Origin: an archaeon
GTDB lineage: Archaea; Methanobacteriota_B; Thermococci; Methanofastidiosales; NM3
Assembly: GCA_004212155.1 (NCBI GenBank)
Contig: RXIG01000001.1
Location: 96,001-160,000 of the forward strand
DNA: 64,000 bases
Reading direction: 5' to 3'
A program made the translations under genes and the position numbers. The notes under the pieces were generated by a model. The model saw only the letters and a list, made by a program, of their open reading frames with translations, was not told the DNA's origin and made no database searches. This document shows, one piece after another, positions 10,002 to 17,809 of the stretch (position 1 is its first letter; the number at the start of each line of letters is the position of its first letter).

Positions 10002-11293
10002 AAGTTTACGCATTGGGCGGTTATGAGGAAGTAGGAAAGAACATGACCGCCATCGAAGTTGATAAGAAAGTACTCATACTTGACATGGGCATCCGCCTCG
10101 ATCGCATCATGATCAGCGAGGATACCAATCTCCAGGACACGTCCACGAAGGAGCTGAACAGGATCGGTGCGATCCCGGACATAGCCCCATTAAAGCGAAA
10201 GAAGGTGGTGGGAGTCGTCGTGTCACACGGACACCTCGACCATATTGGGGCCATCGCGCGCCTTGCCCGCCGTTTCAAGTGTCCCATACTGGGCAAACCG
10301 TACCCGCTCAAGCTTGTGGCCTCCATACTCAAAGAGGAGAGGAAGCCGATGCCAAATCCCCTCTTCGAGGTGCAGGACTCTTCGGTGACCATCGGGCCGT
10401 TCGATATCAGGATCCTGCCTGTCACGCACTCCATACCCCAAGCGGGGTGTGTCGTCGTCTCGACGCCCGAGGGCGATGTATTCTTCACAGGAGACTACAA
10501 GCTGGACAACCACCAGCGACTGCAAAAACCCCTTAAGTTCTCAGAGCTCAAAAAGCTTGACATCAAGATCCTCATCACCGACAGCACGAACGTGCAAAAC
10601 GAGGGTATCACGCCTTCAGAGAAGGTCGCACGCACCCTGGTGAGCGATTACATGGGCATGATCGAGGACTCTGACAAGGGCATCGTCACATCGACGTTCT
10701 CCTCGCAGGTGGAGCGTATACTCACCATCATCGATGAGGCTGAGCGTATCGGGCGAAAACCGGTACTAGTCGGCAAGTCGCTTTGCAAGTACTACGGATT
10801 GGCACTCGAGATGGGCATTATCGACAAACCGGTCCAGATGATACGCAAGCGTGATGCGCTCGAGTCGACGCTCAAGGAGATCAACAAGAAAAAGGACGAA
10901 TATGTCGTCCTGGCTACCGGTTCACAGGGGGAGCAGGACGCCATCCTCTCACGCATCACGGACAAGAAGCTCCCCTATACGTTGGGCAAGGATGACACCG
11001 TCATCTTCTCCGCAAGCGTCGTGCCAAACCCCCTCAACATGGCCGCCCGCTACCGTCTTGAGACCAAGCTCAAGATGCAAGACGTTCGCGTCGTAAAGAA
11101 CCTCCACGTCTCCGGTCACGCAAGCAGGGAGGAGCATCGCAAGATGATACGCACGCTCTCGCCCGACTACGTCCTTCCCTGCCACGGCGCCCCCGACATG
11201 CTCATGTCGATGGCCGAGCTTAGCAACGAGGAAGGCTACTCGATAGGCAGCCAGGCGCTCGTGATGAGAAACGGCCAATCAATCTCCATCTGA
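9998..11293 (+). CDS. rnj: Ribonuclease J (beta-CASP metallo-beta-lactamase)
   Basis: GGYEEVGKNMT, SHGHLDHIGA, HSIP, GDYK, HVSGHA and PCHG motifs; the usual archaeal position after fni. Confidence 0.93.
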   Translation: MKVYALGGYEEVGKNMTAIEVDKKVLILDMGIRLDRIMISEDTNLQDTSTKELNRIGAIPDIAPLKRKKVVGVVVSHGHLDHIGAIARLARRFKCPILGKPYPLKLVASILKEERKPMPNPLFEVQDSSVTIGPFDIRILPVTHSIPQAGCVVVSTPEGDVFFTGDYKLDNHQRLQKPLKFSELKKLDIKILITDSTNVQNEGITPSEKVARTLVSDYMGMIEDSDKGIVTSTFSSQVERILTIIDEAERIGRKPVLVGKSLCKYYGLALEMGIIDKPVQMIRKRDALESTLKEINKKKDEYVVLATGSQGEQDAILSRITDKKLPYTLGKDDTVIFSASVVPNPLNMAARYRLETKLKMQDVRVVKNLHVSGHASREEHRKMIRTLSPDYVLPCHGAPDMLMSMAELSNEEGYSIGSQALVMRNGQSISI

Positions 11294-11309
11294 GGCTGCC
11301 ACTGGGTCT

Positions 11310-11371
11310 CTCTCAGTTCTCATAAGTATCGTCATAGCGTGAGCTCGGCATTGGATTCATTCATCATCGAG
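11310..11371 (-). ncRNA. Box C/D guide sRNA, sR-tMet-like (predicted Cm34 of CAU tRNA)
   Basis: The minus strand reads CTC-G-ATGATGA(C)-ATGAATCCAATG-CCGA(D')-GCTCACGCT-ATGACGA(C')-TACTTATGAGAA-CTGA(D)-GAG: four boxes, two 12-nt guides and a 3-bp terminal stem. Confidence 0.85.
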
Positions 11372-12091
11372 TGATACCCAGTAATGTATGCTATATCCTC
11401 GTTCGAGGACGACGGTCAGTCGCAGACGGAGCATATGCCCATACGGCTCACCGTCGCGCAGAAGTGTGACCGAACGTATGTCGTCACCGTAGGCTACCAC
11501 CTCCCGCTCGTGGCCGATGAGCGTCTCGGTATACGTTTCGGTGACGGTTCGTCCCTCTACGTCGACGTCAGGCATGGTGAACGCAACCGTCACGCGCTGC
11601 GATGCCTCGTCGTCGACAACTGCATCGCCGGAGATCGACTGATCGACAAGCGAGGCCGCCCATCTGTACGTCTGCGGCGCGCCCTCGCTGTTTGCTATCA
11701 CGAATCCAAAGGAGAACGTCTCCCCGGGATGGACGCTTGAGGGCACGTTTCGAACGACCATCTCTCGTGCGTCATCTGACACGTCCTCGACGCACCACCA
11801 CGTTCCGTGCGCCTCGAACGTGTCGTTGATGTAGAACGGCCCATACGATGTGGCATCATCCATGAGAACGAGGCCGCCATCGTGAGTCGTTGCGGCAAGG
11901 CCATGCCACGCGAGCGGCTCGTCGTCACCGAACACGAGCTTTTCGCCATGAAAGTAGAGTTCCGAAAACGGCGTCTCTGACGCTGGTGCAGTGGCGACAG
12001 AATATGCGATGACCGCTATACCGATGAGCGATGCAGCGATGATGGCACCATACAGGGCATTGGACGAGTCATTCATGCGATGTGCTATCAT
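11357..12091 (-). CDS. Membrane-anchored protein, DUF1616-like
   Basis: N-terminal TM, then PFSELYF (compare DUF1616 E.FTEFY), GFVIANSEG.PQTY and C-terminal IHYWV. Confidence 0.55.
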   Translation of the reverse strand: MIAHRMNDSSNALYGAIIAASLIGIAVIAYSVATAPASETPFSELYFHGEKLVFGDDEPLAWHGLAATTHDGGLVLMDDATSYGPFYINDTFEAHGTWWCVEDVSDDAREMVVRNVPSSVHPGETFSFGFVIANSEGAPQTYRWAASLVDQSISGDAVVDDEASQRVTVAFTMPDVDVEGRTVTETYTETLIGHEREVVAYGDDIRSVTLLRDGEPYGHMLRLRLTVVLERGYSIHYWVSLDDE

Positions 12092-12351
12092 CTATTCAAT
12101 GTTTTAATATAGTTTATGCTATTGGTCCCGTATGCCCTGCGGCATAATGATCACGGCCTCCATAGTCGTCCCACTCCGCTGCACACATGCAAGCGAATGT
12201 GTCAATGGCAAGCGACAGTTACCGGATTCAAAAGGCAAGAACCAATCTTTTGGATCCCCTTATCCGAGCGAACGCAACGTCATGGAAAAGCTATAAAAAG
12301 CCGTCGTAATATCTTTACCATCTATTATTATCCGGGTAAGCAGGTGTTTGA

Positions 12352-12882
12352 ATGGCCTATGAGTGCAATGGAACAGAATTTATATCAATGTATGGCGACA
12401 TAACCGAGCTCGACGTGGACGGCATTGTCATAGCATCGTCTCCCGACCTGAGCATGGATGCGGGGATCGCATGCAAGATCAGGGACACGGGAGGACCTTC
12501 GATCGAGGAGGCTGCGGACAAGCACAAGGGGGCGCCCCCCGGGTCTGTCATCACCACCCATTGCGGCACGCTCGAGGCATCACATCTCTTCCACAGCGTT
12601 ATCCTAGATGGAGACAAGACTGCCGACCCCGACATCTTGCGTTCGTGCGTGAGGGTCATGTTCGAGAAGGCACGCGAGCTGGGGGCCACAACGCTGGCGC
12701 TTCCCGCACTCGGGTCCGCGTTCAAGGGGCTCTCCCCGAAGATGTCAACAGACATCATCGTATCCGAGGCCAAGGCGGCGGTGGAGCAATACGCAGGTGC
12801 ATTCAAGAAGATCTACTTCGTCGTATGCGACCCGACGCCGTACCGATATTACAAGAAAGCGCTCAAGAAGCACTGCAAGTAG
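12352..12882 (+). CDS. Macro domain protein (degenerate catalytic motifs)
   Basis: GDITELDVDGIV, GGPSIEE, PGSVITT..G.L and LALPALGS give the macrodomain scaffold. Confidence 0.8.
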   Translation: MAYECNGTEFISMYGDITELDVDGIVIASSPDLSMDAGIACKIRDTGGPSIEEAADKHKGAPPGSVITTHCGTLEASHLFHSVILDGDKTADPDILRSCVRVMFEKARELGATTLALPALGSAFKGLSPKMSTDIIVSEAKAAVEQYAGAFKKIYFVVCDPTPYRYYKKALKKHCK

Positions 12883-12890
12883 GGGATACC

Positions 12891-13472
12891 ATGGACACAT
12901 CGAAGTTGCCTTCCGCATCATTTCCGACGAAGTATGGCACGTTTTGCATCTATGCGTTCAAGGAAGGGCGCATGGAGCACCTAGCGTTGGTCAAGGGCGA
13001 CGTATGCGACAAGGACGATGTTCCCGTGCGCATTCATTCGCAGTGCATCACTGGCGATGCGCTGGGTTCGTTGCGCTGCGACTGCGGCGTGCAGCTCGAC
13101 CATTCGCTCGAATACATCGGAGCCCAGGACTATGGCATTCTCTTCTACCTGGGCCATGAGGGCCGGGGCATTGGCCTTTTCAACAAGATAAAGGCATACG
13201 AGCTCCAGGACAAGGGGGACGATACCGTCGAGGCAAACGAGCGGCTCGGATTTGAAAGCGATATGCGCGATTACGGCATCGTGGCGGATTTCCTCATATC
13301 GTTTGGCGTGCGTTCCGTTCACCTCATCACCAACAATCCTTCGAAGCTTGACGACCTTACGAGGAAGGGTGTCGCCGTAACTCAACGCATCCCCCTCATC
13401 GTGCCGCCCAACAAGTTCAATGCGTTCTATCTCCAGACAAAGCGAGAGAAGATGCACCATATCTTCGGATGA
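12891..13472 (+). CDS. ribA: GTP cyclohydrolase II (bacterial type)
   Basis: RIHSQCITGDALGSLRCDCG, EGRGIGL.NKIKAY, DTVEAN..LG, RDYG and TNNP.K motifs. Real start is ATG 12891 after AGGGGA. Confidence 0.95.
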   Translation: MDTSKLPSASFPTKYGTFCIYAFKEGRMEHLALVKGDVCDKDDVPVRIHSQCITGDALGSLRCDCGVQLDHSLEYIGAQDYGILFYLGHEGRGIGLFNKIKAYELQDKGDDTVEANERLGFESDMRDYGIVADFLISFGVRSVHLITNNPSKLDDLTRKGVAVTQRIPLIVPPNKFNAFYLQTKREKMHHIFG

Positions 13473-13476
13473 TACG

Positions 13477-14544
13477 ATGTCATGTGACGATGTATATTTC
13501 ATGGGTCGTGCGCTCATGCTTGCGCGCAAGGGTCATCCCTCCCCCAACCCCCGCGTCGGCGCCGTGGTCGTCAGGGACGGTGTCATCATTGGAGAGGGCT
13601 TTCATGAACGTGTGGGCATGCCCCATGCGGAGGTCAACGCAATGAAGGGCATCGATGCCAAAGGTGCAACGCTCTATGTGACCCTCGAGCCATGCTCGCA
13701 CCATGGCCGCACCCCTCCCTGCACAGATGCTATCATCAAGGCAGGCATCGAACGTGTGGTATGTGCCATGCGCGACCCCAATCCAAAGGTTGATGGGTTA
13801 CGGCTTCTCAAGGAAGCGGGCATAACGGTCGAGGCCGGCGTCCTCGAAGCTGAGGCCAGGCGCCTCAACGAGGCGTTCATTCGATACATCGATACCAAAC
13901 GCCCATTCACGGTGCTCAAGTGCGGCATGAGCCTTGACGGCAAGATAGCAACGAAGACGGGTGAATCGAAGTGGATCACGTCACAACCTTCCCGTAAACG
14001 GTCTCGCTTGATGCGGGAGAACTTCGATGCGATACTCGTCGGCATCAACACCGTCTTGGCCGACGACCCCATGCTTCGCTCAGGTGGAACAAAGGACCCC
14101 AAAAGGATCATCCTCGACAGCGCGCTTCGCATCCCGCGAGAAAGCAACGTGCTCTCGGATGGCAACGTGCTTGTCGTCACCACTGGTCGGGCCGATGAGA
14201 CACGATTGAGGGAACTCAGAAACGATGGCATCGAGGTGCTCGTCTGCGGCGAGACGGAGGTCGATCTTGCTGCCCTTCTCAAAGTGTTGGGGGAGCGAGG
14301 CATATCGTCGCTTCTCGTGGAGGGGGGAAGCACTGTCCATGGAAGCTTTGTGATGGCAGGTCTTGTTGACAAGGTGCTTTTCTTCATAGCACCGTTGCTC
14401 ATACCCGGATCGGACGCTTTGAGCGCGGTGGGGGGCGTCGGCATCGAACAGCTCGGAGATGCATTCAGGCTGGGGACGATGAGGGTTCGTCGCTTTGGCG
14501 ACGACATTCTTATTGAGGCATACCCTGCTCAGAGGACTGAGTAG
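13477..14544 (+). CDS. ribD: Bifunctional pyrimidine deaminase/reductase
   Basis: PNPRVGAV, HAE, VTLEPCSHHGRTPPC, SLDGKIA, SKWIT and VEGG motifs. Confidence 0.95.
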   Translation: MSCDDVYFMGRALMLARKGHPSPNPRVGAVVVRDGVIIGEGFHERVGMPHAEVNAMKGIDAKGATLYVTLEPCSHHGRTPPCTDAIIKAGIERVVCAMRDPNPKVDGLRLLKEAGITVEAGVLEAEARRLNEAFIRYIDTKRPFTVLKCGMSLDGKIATKTGESKWITSQPSRKRSRLMRENFDAILVGINTVLADDPMLRSGGTKDPKRIILDSALRIPRESNVLSDGNVLVVTTGRADETRLRELRNDGIEVLVCGETEVDLAALLKVLGERGISSLLVEGGSTVHGSFVMAGLVDKVLFFIAPLLIPGSDALSAVGGVGIEQLGDAFRLGTMRVRRFGDDILIEAYPAQRTE

Positions 14545-15614
14545 AGCGTGTCACGCTGTCGCGGCTCTCTTCCTGCAAGACGTATCATGGCCTCGATGTC
14601 CTCCTTTTCCGTGCAGTCACCGTGCGTTCCTCCGGAGGCACGTGATATGTTCTCCTCATAAAGCGTTCCGCCAACGTCGTTGGCACCGCACGTGAGCGCA
14701 ACGTGGGTAAGCTTCCAACCGAGCTTCACCCACGATGCCTGTATGTTTGGGATAACGTCGTTGAGCACGATGCGGCTTATGGCATGCGTGGTGAGATCGT
14801 CGATGCCCGATGTCCCCTGTAGGCCGTAGCGAAGTCCCAGTTCGTTTCGAGGCAGATAAGAAAGCGGGACGAACTCGGTGAATCCGCCCGTCTTTTCCTG
14901 GATATCCCTTATAGCGAAGAGATGGCGCACCCGCTGCTCTGGCGTCTCCAGGTGGCCATACATCATCGTGGCGGTGGTCGGTATGCCAAGAGAATGCGCC
15001 ATCGTCACGACCTCCTTCCAGCGCGCCGTTGTGATCTTTTCTGGGCATATGACCGAACGCACCTCGTCGTCAAGTATCTCGGCCGCTGTACCGGGCATCG
15101 ACCCTAGGCCCGCTTCCTTGAGCACCAGGAGCGTTTCCCTTACGCCTATGCCCTCCTGTCTGGCCATATGGTCTACCTCTGCGGGAGAGAAGGCGTGGAT
15201 GTGCAGCGATGGATCCTCATGGTGCACCGTCTGGAGGAGCTCGACGTAGTACGGAAGCCCGAGCGAGGGGTGAAGGCCGCCCTGCAGGCAGACCTCAGTG
15301 ATGCCACCCGTCCCGAGCCGCTTGCGCACCTCGTCCATCGACATGGCGGCCCCTGTCTTGTTATGGAAGCTGCAAAACAGGCAGCTGCCTGTGCAGCATG
15401 ATGTGAAGTTGATATTCCTGTTGACCACATACGTTACTGCGTCACCGCATGTGCGGGCCCGCAGCATGTCCGCCGCCGACCACAGCGCGCGAGAGTCGTT
15501 TCCCCGTGCCGAAAACAGCATCGTCGCGTCAGCCGGCGAGATATTTTCGCCGTCAACCACCCTTTCAAGTATCTCCCCTATTACGGGGTCAAGTGCGAGA
15601 TGCATCGTGAACAT
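14529..15614 (-). CDS. cofH: FO synthase subunit CofH (radical SAM)
   Basis: VTYVVNRNINFT, CTGSCLFC, SMPGTAAEIL, TTATMMYGH, NIQASWVKLG and GANDVGGTLYEENIS motifs. Start uncertain (15605-15650). Confidence 0.9.
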   Translation of the reverse strand: MFTMHLALDPVIGEILERVVDGENISPADATMLFSARGNDSRALWSAADMLRARTCGDAVTYVVNRNINFTSCCTGSCLFCSFHNKTGAAMSMDEVRKRLGTGGITEVCLQGGLHPSLGLPYYVELLQTVHHEDPSLHIHAFSPAEVDHMARQEGIGVRETLLVLKEAGLGSMPGTAAEILDDEVRSVICPEKITTARWKEVVTMAHSLGIPTTATMMYGHLETPEQRVRHLFAIRDIQEKTGGFTEFVPLSYLPRNELGLRYGLQGTSGIDDLTTHAISRIVLNDVIPNIQASWVKLGWKLTHVALTCGANDVGGTLYEENISRASGGTHGDCTEKEDIEAMIRLAGREPRQRDTLYSVL

Positions 15615-16671
15615 ATCCCTTATCGTCGACTCTCGAGATTGCCTTTTCATAGAGTTGTTCGCTTAAAAAAGATGCGGTGATGAATCGGGGGTGCACAGGA
15701 AGGCGCTCCTTGAGCATCGCGGGCACCGAGGAGGGGTGTGGCCAGAGCTGTTCGGGATTGACATGGTCGATGGTAAGTGGCGATATGCCGCCAAGGTCGT
15801 CCACGCCGCATGCCATGATGTCTGTCAACGCGTTTCCGAGTAGATTTGGCGGCACCTGTATCGCTACGTCTGGAAACATCAGCCGCGCGACAGAAACGAC
15901 CGATCTCACATACTCGATCGTGGGGGGAGTGTGGCGTTCCATCGGCGTCCCTGGGTGGGGAACGAAGTTTTGGATGATGATCTCCTGTATGTGCCCGTAC
16001 CTGTCGTGAAGGTCTCGCAACGCCTTGAGCGATGCGTATACTTCTTCTGGTGTCTCACCGATGCCAAGGAGCAGTCCCGTGGTGAACGGCACTCGAAGCT
16101 GTCCCGCCGCACGTATCGTCGCAAGCCTCGTCTCCGGGTCCTTGCCCGGGCTATCCTTGTGCGCCACCGTGTCCATGAGCCGTTGTGATACCGTCTCGAG
16201 CATGAGCCCCATCGATGCCGTGACGGGACGCAAAAGGGCGATCTCATCCTTTTCCATGACGCCGGGATTGCTGTGAACGAACAGAGTCGTCGTATCATTT
16301 ATCGTTTCGCTGAGGTCATGCAGGTACGAGATGATCGAGTCATGACCGAGCGTGTGAAGTTCCCTTCGCACCCTCGCATACTCCTCGGGGCGCTCGCCAA
16401 ATGTGAAGAGCGCCTCGCTGCAGTGAAGAGTTTCCGCACGCCGTACAAGGGCCATGACCGATGCGCGCCCCATGATGTTCCCCATGGGAGCAGGCTGTTT
16501 CTTGAAGGTGCAGTACCCGCAGCTGTTCCTGCATACATGGGTAAGCGGCACGAACACGTTGCGTGCATAGGTAATATATGGTGAGTATGCCCGTTTCACT
16601 TCCCTGAGCCGTACAGGGTCCAGGTGTTCCCTTCCGTTGAGAACGTCAAGCGCCATGTCCCCATCTATCAT
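15589..16671 (-). CDS. cofG: FO synthase subunit CofG (radical SAM)
   Basis: TYARNVFVPLTHVCRNSCGYC, ASMGLMLE, PFTTGLLLGIGE, QVPPNL and DLGGISPLTIDHVNPE motifs. Confidence 0.93.
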   Translation of the reverse strand: MIDGDMALDVLNGREHLDPVRLREVKRAYSPYITYARNVFVPLTHVCRNSCGYCTFKKQPAPMGNIMGRASVMALVRRAETLHCSEALFTFGERPEEYARVRRELHTLGHDSIISYLHDLSETINDTTTLFVHSNPGVMEKDEIALLRPVTASMGLMLETVSQRLMDTVAHKDSPGKDPETRLATIRAAGQLRVPFTTGLLLGIGETPEEVYASLKALRDLHDRYGHIQEIIIQNFVPHPGTPMERHTPPTIEYVRSVVSVARLMFPDVAIQVPPNLLGNALTDIMACGVDDLGGISPLTIDHVNPEQLWPHPSSVPAMLKERLPVHPRFITASFLSEQLYEKAISRVDDKGYVHDASRT

Positions 16672-16737
16672 GTCCCTGTGTCCTCCGCTGAAAAGATTCG
16701 TTAGAAAGTCTTAAATAGGTTCGTTCTCATACGCGAA

Positions 16738-17223
16738 TTGATGGATATCTGGCTCGTAGCATTTCTCATCGCGGCATGTGCGGTGTTTGTGATCTGCTTT
16801 GCAATACCTCAGCTTGGCGGCCACAAGAAGAGCGCATCCATCCCGAAGGTATCGATGGACCACCAACCCGATACCTCCCCGGAAGAGGAACTCGTGGTGC
16901 ATGATGACATCTTTTTCGATGAGGAACCGTTTGAGTCCGATAGGTATGTGCCCCCGTCCGTCAAGGGCGTCCGCATAGCGTATCGCCAGTTCGCGCGAGA
17001 GCTTGACACGCTCCTCAACGAGGTGGAGGACACTTCGTCAGTAGGCTCCTATCATCGATTGAAGTATGAGGAGTTATCCTCCTTTTTCAACTCCACGCTT
17101 AAGGGATATTCCAGGGAGATCTCCCGCGATGAGATGAGCAACGTTTCTCAGAAACTTGAACGTATCGAATACCTTCTCGACAAAAAGGGTGCGCCTGGCC
17201 ACTACGATGCGTATTCCTCGTAA
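16738..17223 (+). CDS. Hypothetical protein with N-terminal TM helix
   Basis: Hydrophobic N-terminus, acidic linker and helical C-terminus; TTAAATA box upstream. Confidence 0.6.
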   Translation: MMDIWLVAFLIAACAVFVICFAIPQLGGHKKSASIPKVSMDHQPDTSPEEELVVHDDIFFDEEPFESDRYVPPSVKGVRIAYRQFARELDTLLNEVEDTSSVGSYHRLKYEELSSFFNSTLKGYSREISRDEMSNVSQKLERIEYLLDKKGAPGHYDAYSS

Positions 17224-17318
17224 GACAATAATAACAGTATTGATTATCATTATTGATAAGCGAAAGATATAAAAAGGTTAATCAGTAAAGGTATCTTATA
17301 TAAAAGGAGGTTTATTCA

Positions 17319-17786
17319 ATGCGTAAGCTATCAAACATTTTTGGCGGGTCAGAGGAAGAAACAAGGGAAAAAAAGACCCGTCCGACCGCCGAGGCCGTGC
17401 GACAGCAATCTCAGCGCCAGCACATGGAGGATGCACCCGAGGAAGATGAGGAGTTCAGCGGACTACGGGATGTTTCGCAGGTGCGCTATGAGGAGGACAT
17501 GCTCTCAAGCGACAAGTTCTTCGACTATGGCGTCACGTACGTCAAGACGTACAAGCTCAGGAGCCTTGCCGATGTGCAAAAGGTTTCACACGAGCTCAAT
17601 GAGGGAAATATCGTCCTAGCGGACATATCAATGCTTAACGACCGCGACCCCATGGAGCTCAAGCGCACGATCGATCAGATAAAAGGCATCTGCCGCGGCA
17701 TCGGTGGCGACGTGGCCGGAATAGGCGACACGATGCATGTCATCATCACGCCATCAAACATCAAGATCTGGCGAGAGAAGGTATAG
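17319..17786 (+). CDS. sepF: Archaeal cell-division protein SepF
   Basis: N-terminal amphipathic segment; ELNEGNIVLADIS, ELKRTIDQIK, GGDVAG and VIITPS.IKI motifs; AGGAGG SD. Confidence 0.88.
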   Translation: MRKLSNIFGGSEEETREKKTRPTAEAVRQQSQRQHMEDAPEEDEEFSGLRDVSQVRYEEDMLSSDKFFDYGVTYVKTYKLRSLADVQKVSHELNEGNIVLADISMLNDRDPMELKRTIDQIKGICRGIGGDVAGIGDTMHVIITPSNIKIWREKV

Positions 17787-17809
17787 CCTCCCCCAAAGGG
17801 GCGACTATA

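Noticed and set aside
12363-12890. 176-aa N-terminal extension on RibA in the ORF track
   Set aside because: It overlaps the macrodomain gene in another frame and has shadow-ORF composition; RibA has its own SD and ATG at 12891.
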